Origin: an uncultured Methanomicrobiaceae archaeon
GTDB taxonomy: Archaea; Halobacteriota; Methanomicrobia; Methanomicrobiales; Methanoculleaceae
DNA length: 64,000 nucleotides
Assembly: GCA_963826525.1 (NCBI GenBank)
Contig: CAWGXH010000004.1
Location: 1,600,001 to 1,664,000, forward strand
Direction: 5' to 3'
The position numbers and the translations under genes were made by a program. Shown here piece after piece: positions 56,860 through 64,000 of this stretch (its first letter is position 1; each line of letters begins with the position of its first letter). Under the pieces are notes generated by a model. That model saw nothing but the letters and a program-made list of their open reading frames with translations. It ran no database searches and was not told the origin of the DNA.

Positions 56860-57922
56860 CATCGATGCACCCGCATACTGCAGCAATGGTTGCGTCGATC
56901 TCCCCATGTTTCATTGTGACATGTATGGAGATGGCGATCCCCCGCTCCAGGATCGCCCGTGATCGCTGCCAGAGGGCGTGGCGGTCATGTTCCCGGTAGC
57001 GGGTATATCTATGGAGGGAGGATATGATCCCAGTCTCCGGCAAAGTCCCATGCGAGTGAGTCGGGCAGGTTCTTCATTGCACGTTCCCGTTCTCTCCAGC
57101 ACCGGGCAAATGCCGCAGTCGCCTCCGACTCTCGAGGAAGAAGAAGACGATCGTGCTCCCGGTATCGCCACGAGGATTGGGAACCTCCCTATGTTCTATT
57201 CCCGCAAGATCGGAAGATCCATCCTGTATCTGCTGTTTTGCTTTTCGCTGGTGCTCGATAACCGTATCCATCCTCCGACAGTTGTGCGAGCCCCACCGCG
57301 CCCTGTAGTTCACTCATCCGAAAGTTGAAGCCAGGGAACCGACGGGGATCTGAACCCTGTGGGGCGTGCGGGTCTTCCATCACCCGACCGTGGTTTGCAT
57401 ATGCCCGCGCCCGTGCGACGATCTCGTCGTTCTCCGTGGAGAGCACCCCGCCTTCGAGCCCCGGGAGACTGTGCTCGGCGGCGTTCTCTGCGATCTCGTC
57501 CATCCTAGCCGCGAAGCCCATCGTGTGCACCGGGATGATTGCCTTAGTCTTTCCGGTGATCTTTCCTGCAAGGTCGCCCGGGTCCATTGTCAGTGTCGTG
57601 TCGATCTCGGTGATGACGGGGACACCCCGCATGCAACTATCGCTCGACTGTGGTGACGAACGTATAACTCTGGGTGATCACCTCATCGCTGCCTCTCACG
57701 CTGGGTGCCTTCAGGGCGACCGGTGAGTGCCGCAGTGCCCGAGGTGGCCGCGAGCGCATGACAGGTGCCCCTCTTCCGGGCAAACGCCCGTTCAAACTAT
57801 TCTATGCGGTGTATGCCTCCCCGACGCTCATCATGTCCGAAGCGAGTGAGTACGCTCCCCATGTTCGAAGATCTCATGAGCTGCGTTGAGTTTCTCCTCC
57901 CTATCGATTCATACCCCGGCAT
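56860..57922 (-). pseudogene. DegT/DnrJ sugar aminotransferase (KdnA-like) pseudogene
   Basis: Start MPGYE at 57922; in-frame TAG at 57797-57799; SGTAAL; DEVITQSYTF; KTKAIIPVH; GFNFRMSELQGAVGLAQL; ED.AQ...K segment missing. Confidence 0.8.
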
Positions 57923-58034
57923 GGTGCTCTCCCCCGTATGCTGAGCAGACGCATCCCCGGCAGGCGTCTGTCCGCACTAAGCGTTTGGCAGGTGGGGTGT
58001 GGTTCGGGATGGAGAGAGGGCCTAAAAAAATGTT

Positions 58035-58487
58035 TCAGTGTTCGATCTTGCGGATATGATCGTAGGCGTTCTCTGCGAGTTTCTCCCTCCCCTGCAGCTC
58101 GGCAATATCCCGGATGGCTTCGAGCATGTGGACGGAGTCCTCGAGGTAACTCAGTATGTCCGCGGGGTAGAGGTCGATCCCGTACTCGTCGAGAAGGTGG
58201 GCGCCGATCTGCCGGTGATCGAGGCCGAGCTCACGAAGTTCAATGATATGTTCGGCAAACTTCCGTTCCGGACAACCGCAGAGGGGCGTGTTTTTGCAGG
58301 TGCAGCCGAGGAACTCCTCGAAGAATGCGAGGAGTTGGGCGCGGAGGTTTCGGTCGAGATGCTCGTAGTTGATTGCCGTCCCAACCGCCTCGAGGAAGCC
58401 TCCGGAGAAGGCCTTGTCCGGGAGGCGAAACCCTGCCGCCCTCTCAAGTTTTCTTGCTGCGCGAAATCTGGCTTTGTCTGATATCAC
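58035..58487 (-). CDS. DUF5814-like protein (resembles the C-terminal domain of an archaeal helicase)
   Basis: F..FL.C.C...P.CGCPERKF..IIELR..G; YG..LYP.D.LS.LE; GTG start overlapping the upstream stop. Confidence 0.75.
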   Translation of the reverse strand: MISDKARFRAARKLERAAGFRLPDKAFSGGFLEAVGTAINYEHLDRNLRAQLLAFFEEFLGCTCKNTPLCGCPERKFAEHIIELRELGLDHRQIGAHLLDEYGIDLYPADILSYLEDSVHMLEAIRDIAELQGREKLAENAYDHIRKIEH

Positions 58488-59110
58488 GACGTTTCTCCGG
58501 GCTCCTCGTCGAACTTGCTCAAGGATTTTACCGCGTTGGCCATAGTATCGATCTCGATGAGCCACTCCTCAAAGAGTGTCGGGTTCTCCATATCGTCCTT
58601 GATGTAGCGTGCACAGCAGGTTGCACCGTCGATGACGCTTGCTCCGATCTGGGCGGCTATCTCGAGCCCTTCTTCGAGATCTTCCTCCCCGAGCGCCTTG
58701 CCTTTCTTGACCAGCGCCTTGATGTCGGAGTCGTAACCGCCCTCAAGATATTTCCGGCAGGAGGTGAAGAGCACGAGCAGCGTAGGCTGCAGTGAGCCGA
58801 TGATCTCCTCGAGTTCTCCTTCGGGAAGACCGGTCATGACGATCAGTTCCACATCATCGAGTTTTTCCTTCGCTTCTTCCACCGTGAACCGCCCGTTCTG
58901 GTAGAGGCGGATGATCTTCAGCACCGAGATGGTGACATCTTCGGTGAAACTATAGAGTATCTGGAGCCCTTCGGAGACGTCCTCGTCATCCTGCGGTTCG
59001 AAGCTTGCCTGCTCGAGTGATTGTATCCAGTTATTCCAGCGTTCCTGATTGTAAAAAATATAAAAGAGCTTCATCGGCTCTGCTTCAGTGGTGCTCTTCT
59101 TCCTAGCCAT
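58484..59110 (-). CDS. DUF2150 family protein (methanogen-conserved)
   Basis: FY.QERW.NW; acidic helical protein; IGA.VIDG. Confidence 0.8.
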   Translation of the reverse strand: MARKKSTTEAEPMKLFYIFYNQERWNNWIQSLEQASFEPQDDEDVSEGLQILYSFTEDVTISVLKIIRLYQNGRFTVEEAKEKLDDVELIVMTGLPEGELEEIIGSLQPTLLVLFTSCRKYLEGGYDSDIKALVKKGKALGEEDLEEGLEIAAQIGASVIDGATCCARYIKDDMENPTLFEEWLIEIDTMANAVKSLSKFDEEPGETS

Positions 59111-59226
59111 GTTAGTACACATTTCGGTCTGCCTCTGTTAAAATTATTTTCTATAACATCGGTTCGGGGGGATTTTCCGCCATTTTCCCAACATTCATGT
59201 AGATCGAGCGAGCATACAGAGAGCAG

Positions 59227-59998
59227 ATGGCGATGCTTGAACGGCTTGATGAGGTGCTGAGATCCTGCGAACCCTTTGCGGTCGCGCTCTCCGGCGGAAC
59301 CGACAGTTCGGTGCTCCTCGCGTATGCACATGGCCTCGGGCTCCGGGTCATGGGGATAAGCGTCGATACCGGAATGAGCCCGCCCGGAGAGGCTCGAAGC
59401 TGCGGAGAGGCTCGCCACCGGACTTGATGTGCCGTACGCCCTCGTTCGGCAGGATATGCTGAGCATCCCGGAGGTCCGGGAGAACCTCCCGAACCGCTGT
59501 TACGTATGCAAGCGAGAGATGATGCAGGCGATCATCCGTGAAGCGGAGCACTATGGCTACCCGGTGGTCGCGGATGGAACCCACGCGGGCGACCTGCCCG
59601 AGGACAGGCCGGGTATGACCGCTCTTCGTGAACTCGGTATCGTCAGCCCCTTTGCTGAAGCGGGCATGGGAAAGGATGATATCGTTGCTCTTGCCGCAGA
59701 TCTCGAGATCCCTGTGCGTCCACCCTCGTCATGCCTCGCCACCCGCATACCTGCGGGCCTTCCCCTCACCCGGGAATGCCTCGAGATGGCGGGACGGGCG
59801 GAGGCGCTGCTCCGCGGCGTAGTGACCGGCATGCTCAGGGTGCGCTGTGTCGACCTGCGGGCCTTCATTGAGGCCGATCCCTCGGAGCACCCGCTCATAA
59901 TACCGCTCCTCCCGGAGATCAAGCGCCTCGGCTTTACGGATGCCGTCCTCGTTCCCGGCGGCTACCGCCAGGGAGGTGCCGACGCATGGAAGCGGTGA
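59227..59998 (+). CDS. larE: ATP-dependent sulfur transferase LarE; frameshift near 59390
   Basis: ALSGGTDS PP-loop; NRCYVCK; DGT...D..RPG..A..E; SSCLATRIP. Confidence 0.88.
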
Positions 59999-61166
59999 TG
60001 GTGCGTTACGGCGAGCTCTTCCTCAAGAGCGAACCGGTCAAACGACGATTTATCATGGCTCTCGCGAAGAATATCCGCCTTGCCCTTGAAGCCGCTTCAC
60101 TCCCCCACCGGATAGAGACGCCCCGGGGCAGGGTCCTGATCTTCGGGGACGACGCAAGAGCAATCGCCGATATCGCAAGCAGGATCTTCGGTGTCGTGGG
60201 CGTCAGTGTCTGCTCGGTGACGACCCCCGATATCGAAGGGATCTCGCGCGCAGCGGTCGAGCGTGCGGAGGGCCGCCTCAAACCCGGTATGACGTTTGCC
60301 GTCAGGGGCCGCCGGTCGGGTGTGGAGGGGTTCAGCAGCCAGGAACTTGCAGGAGCTGTCGGATATGCCGTCGGGCAGCGGTTTCCCGGGGCATCGGTGA
60401 ACCTCTCTGAGCCTGATTACGAGATCTTTGTGGAGGCGAAAGAGTTCGGCGGGCTCGTATACGATTCAAGGCAGGACTGGACCGGGAGGGCTCCCCTTCG
60501 GGACACAGGGTGCGGTGATGACGCTGCTCTCCGAGGGGATCGACTCGCCGGTTGCGTCCTGGCTGATGATGAGGCGAGGGTGCACAATGGTGCATCTGCA
60601 TATGCGGAGCGGGCGGTTCGGCGGCAGTGACGTGGAGGAAACCGTTCTCCGGCACCATGCAAAGCTCTCCCTATGGACTCCGGGGCACCCCCTCGACCTC
60701 CTCATCGTGGATATGGAGCCGTTCTTTGAGGCGCTCGTGCAGTCTGAAGGAGCCGCGATACCGGTGCGTGCTCTGCAAGCGGTTCATGCTGAAGGCAGCA
60801 AGCGAGGTGGCGAAGAGGCGGGGGATCTATGCGGTCGTCAACGGCGACAACCTCGGGCAGGTAGCCTCCCAGACGCTTGCGAACATGGCGGTGGTTGCGC
60901 CGGCCGCTACGATACCGGTCCTCCGCCCGCTCCTCGGGTTCGACAAGTCGGAGATCGTCGATCGTGCAAAGATGATCGGAACGTTCGATCCCGTCCAGGG
61001 AGATATCGGGTGCAGTCTCGCCCCGAAACATCCGTCGACCGCGGCGCAGGCTGAAATCATCGAGGAGATTGAAAAAGAGATTCTGATGGAAGAGCACGTC
61101 GCCAGAGCCGTCGAAACGGTCGGGTGTCGGCGGGCTCTGAACGGCGATCTTGTGGCGATCAGGTGA
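59986..61166 (+). CDS. thiI: tRNA 4-thiouridine synthase ThiI (no rhodanese domain); frameshifts
   Basis: VRYGELFLKS; THUMP domain; GPGGLP.GTQG; LLSEGIDSPVA; RCVLCKR; GDNLGQVASQTL.N; RPL.GFDK.EI; GC. Confidence 0.92.
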
Positions 61167-62337
61167 TGGAGAGGTTGTTCTCCCGGGCGATCTCCACGAA
61201 CGCGTCTGCGACGTGCCCCGCCTGCTTCTCCGTAAGGCCGTAGGTGTTGAACTTCCAGACCTTGGTCGAGCCGGGTATGACCCCGGTAATCCCTCTCTTC
61301 TTCAGGTCGCTTGAGAGGAAGAATCCCCGCTTTTTATGCACCTCGGCAACCTTATCAAAGGAGCTGCGGGTGTCGATACGGGTCAGCGTGTGGGAGCGCG
61401 GATAGTCGGAGAGCACTCGTGTTCCCTCGATGGAGAGGAGAGCGTCGACGATGCGGCGGGAGCGTGCGACTTCCGTATCCCAGTGTTTCACCCGTTCCCT
61501 GACGTGGGGGAAGGATGCCATCATCCCGATGACGGTGACTCCCATGAGGGTGCATCCCATCATCTCGATCTCCTTGATTCCGAACGTCCTGCCGGTGATG
61601 TCGCCTTTTGCCCGGGTGGTCCGAAAGACCCGTTCTGCATGTTCGGCGGTCGTCGCGACGAGGCCCGATGGGGCGGGTGCGGCCATGCTCTTGTGCCCGG
61701 AGCCGATCACGAAGTCGACACCGAGATCTTTTCCGTCGACCGGCATGGTACCGACCGAGTATGCCCCGTTGAGAAGGATAGGAATGTCATACTGGTGGGC
61801 GACTTTCGCGATCGCTTTCGCATCGTGGACGTTCCCGTACTGGTAGTCGACGTGGTCGAGGAACATGAGCGGGGGTGTGCGTTTGAACTCATCGATCACG
61901 TCTTCGATCCGTGCTGCAACAGCGTCCGGGGTGATGTGATTCTTCTCGTCTTTCGGGATCTCCCGTGGAATGCCCCCCGCCTGTTCCACGGCTACAAACT
62001 CAGTATAGTGGGCGAGAGACGTGAGGAGAACGGGGTCGCCTTTCTCGACATACGTACTTGCAACCGCCTGAAATCCCCGCCGGGCTCCCGGCACCACGCG
62101 CACCTGATCCATATTCAGCCATTCTGCAAGATCGGCGTGGAACTGTGCGATCGGGGGTTTTTTGATATAGTCCAGCCTGAACGGCTTCTGGCAGGCGTCG
62201 CAGACCGAATACCCGTCTCCGTAGGCGATAGCTGCCTTCATGGCATCGGCAGTGAGCCTGCCCCCTGCCTGGATCGGGTCGATGTTGATAAACATCTCCT
62301 CGACGTCACGGACTTCGATATCGATCGCGCACTTCAT
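61159..62337 (-). CDS. pscS: O-phosphoseryl-tRNA:Cys-tRNA synthase (SepCysS)
   Basis: INIDPIQAGGRL; GDGYSVCDAC; GARRG; SGHKSMA; E.MGCT. Confidence 0.95.
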   Translation of the reverse strand: MKCAIDIEVRDVEEMFINIDPIQAGGRLTADAMKAAIAYGDGYSVCDACQKPFRLDYIKKPPIAQFHADLAEWLNMDQVRVVPGARRGFQAVASTYVEKGDPVLLTSLAHYTEFVAVEQAGGIPREIPKDEKNHITPDAVAARIEDVIDEFKRTPPLMFLDHVDYQYGNVHDAKAIAKVAHQYDIPILLNGAYSVGTMPVDGKDLGVDFVIGSGHKSMAAPAPSGLVATTAEHAERVFRTTRAKGDITGRTFGIKEIEMMGCTLMGVTVIGMMASFPHVRERVKHWDTEVARSRRIVDALLSIEGTRVLSDYPRSHTLTRIDTRSSFDKVAEVHKKRGFFLSSDLKKRGITGVIPGSTKVWKFNTYGLTEKQAGHVADAFVEIARENNLSIT

Positions 62338-62516
62338 CGGATCAGCTCCTCCTCGATGATCGTAATCTGCCGTTTTGCCTTCTCGATGTACGCCTGCGCC
62401 CGCTGTCTCTGCTCGTCGTCCATGACATGATCCGGAGCGGTCTCACGCATGAGTGCCCGGAGATCCGAGAGGTTGAACAGCGCCTGAAAAATTGCATCAA
62501 CGGCCCGTCTGGACAA
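62334..62516 (-). CDS. small helical protein coupled to pscS (candidate SepCysSn)
   Basis: 60-aa two-helix ORF whose stop overlaps the pscS ATG (ATGA). Confidence 0.6.
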   Translation of the reverse strand: MSRRAVDAIFQALFNLSDLRALMRETAPDHVMDDEQRQRAQAYIEKAKRQITIIEEELIR

Positions 62517-62642
62517 AATATCACCATACTAATATCAGCTATGATATATAGATAGATCTGATAAGACCGAGGCCGAAACTCCAATACATTCGCCCTCCGG
62601 CCGTCAGGGTTTTAACAGCAGGAGACAGGTGATAGATCGGGC

Positions 62643-63790
62643 ATGAAGATCGTTCATATAGCGGATACGCACCTCGGGCTGTCGGCATTCAATAAGATAG
62701 ACCCTGAAACCGGGATGAATCTACGAGAACGGCTGATATACGATAATTTTCTTGCTGCCGTCGATCAGATCGTCCGGCAGCGGCCGGATGTAATCGTGCA
62801 TGCGGGCGATCTCTTCCATCAGGTCAAGCCCAAGACCCGCGCCTACACGACCGTCCTCGAAGCACTCAGGAGGCTCGAAGAAGCAGGTATTCCCTTTGTC
62901 GTTATTGCCGGAAACCACAGCATGGCGAAGACCCGCCACACGCCGTCCCCGCTCGAGGTGCTGGAGTACCATACCGCCGAGGTTCATGCCGCGTACAGGC
63001 ATCAGTACCACCGGGTCGAGATAGGAGATGTATCTTTCACCTGATCCCGAATATGCTGCAGACGAGTGGATACCGGGAAGCGTTCGAATCTATTGAGTTC
63101 GGCACCGGAAAGAACGTGCTCGTCACGCACGGTCTTGCAAGCGCTATCAAGGATCGCCGGTTACAGACAGTGGCGGAGCATGAGATTGATGCCACGATCC
63201 TCTCGGACCGGTTCGATTACATAGCGCTTGGTCACTACCATGCCCAGAGTCAGGTTGCCGAGAACGCCTGGTACAGCGGGTCTCTCGAATACTGCACCTA
63301 CGGTGAGATCCGGGATACGAAGGGCGGGCTGCTTGTCGACCTTGATGATCGGAGCGTGAAGCATCTCGATCTCGCACATACTCCGATGGTCGATCTCGGC
63401 AGGATCAACTGTGATGGCCTTGCTGCAAAGGATATTCTGGCAGGGATCGTCGATCTCGCTTCGTCGAATCACACGCCGCAAGGGGGAATGTGCCAGATCA
63501 CCCTCGACGGCGTGCTTCGGGAGACGCTGCGGGGACTTGACCAGCGGGCGCTCAATGATCTGCGCAGCGATCTTCTGGACCTGAAGTTCCGAACAATCGC
63601 TGCCGAAGATTCTTCGCCGGTCTTTCGTGAGCAGAGCCTCGCAGGTGTGGACTACGTCAGCGAATTCGAGCGTTTTGTGGAGATGCAGCACCTGAACGAT
63701 ACGCAGGAGGCGTACGTGAAAGAGAAGGGCGGCGGGATTCTGCGGTCGGTTATTGCCAGGCAGAGAGAGGTGAACGATGCTTCTTCATAG
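62643..63790 (+). CDS. mre11: DNA repair nuclease Mre11/SbcD; frameshift near 63038
   Basis: ADTHLG; HAGDLF; AGNH; ALGHYH; YSGSLE. Confidence 0.92.
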
Positions 63791-64000
63791 GCTCGTCATG
63801 CGCAACTTCAAACGCTACCGCGACCAGGAGATCACCTTCTGCGACGGGATAACCGGTATCGTTGGGAGCAACGGCGCCGGGAAGAGCAGCATCATCGAGG
63901 CCGTCCTCTTCGCACTCTACGGGCTGCAGGGAACGGGCCTTGACGGGAATTACATCGTCAGCGCGTTCGCCGAGCAGCAGGAGCCCTGCGAGGTCAGGCT
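63777..64000 (+). CDS. rad50: Rad50/SbcC SMC-like ATPase (5' part)
   Basis: MLLHRLVMRNFKRY...F..GITGIVGSNGAGKSSIIEAVLFALYG. Confidence 0.92.
   Translation, partial: MLLHRLVMRNFKRYRDQEITFCDGITGIVGSNGAGKSSIIEAVLFALYGLQGTGLDGNYIVSAFAEQQEPCEVR

Noticed and set aside
57797-57799. In-frame TAG as possible pyrrolysine codon
   Set aside because: The same gene has lost its catalytic segment and no pyl genes are in the window

Overview
Archaeal DNA from a methanogen, most likely Methanomicrobiales (Methanoculleus-like), judged from mfnB, pscS, top6AB, DUF2150 and a GC-rich backbone. The window has four blocks. (1) About 1-11.5 kb is accessory. It holds a secreted PQQ-type beta-propeller quinoprotein, an internally deleted paralog, a Thr-rich lipoprotein, an APC permease, a USP-USP-PCP_red/small protein/ABC exporter operon and a PflX-like radical SAM gene. 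(2) About 11.7-31.7 kb is core genes: ArsR-type regulator, guaB, mfnB, hisA-like, tmk, valS, DUF92, ychF, nadM, larB, hisS, top6BA. (3) About 31.7-57.9 kb is a mosaic surface-glycosylation island. It contains an AT-rich CDP-sugar/C-methyltransferase operon, an IS1634-family element, an RmlD-like/FnlA/2-epimerase trio, several glycosyltransferases, two direct-repeat flippase paralogs and decayed gmd, GT4 and KdnA-like genes. (4) About 58-64 kb is core genes: DUF5814, DUF2150, larE, thiI, pscS with a small upstream ORF, mre11 and the start of rad50. Many genes, including housekeeping ones, carry single-base frameshifts that are probably sequencing or assembly errors. No rRNA, tRNA or CRISPR array was seen. 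All family calls come from motif recognition by eye, not database searches.
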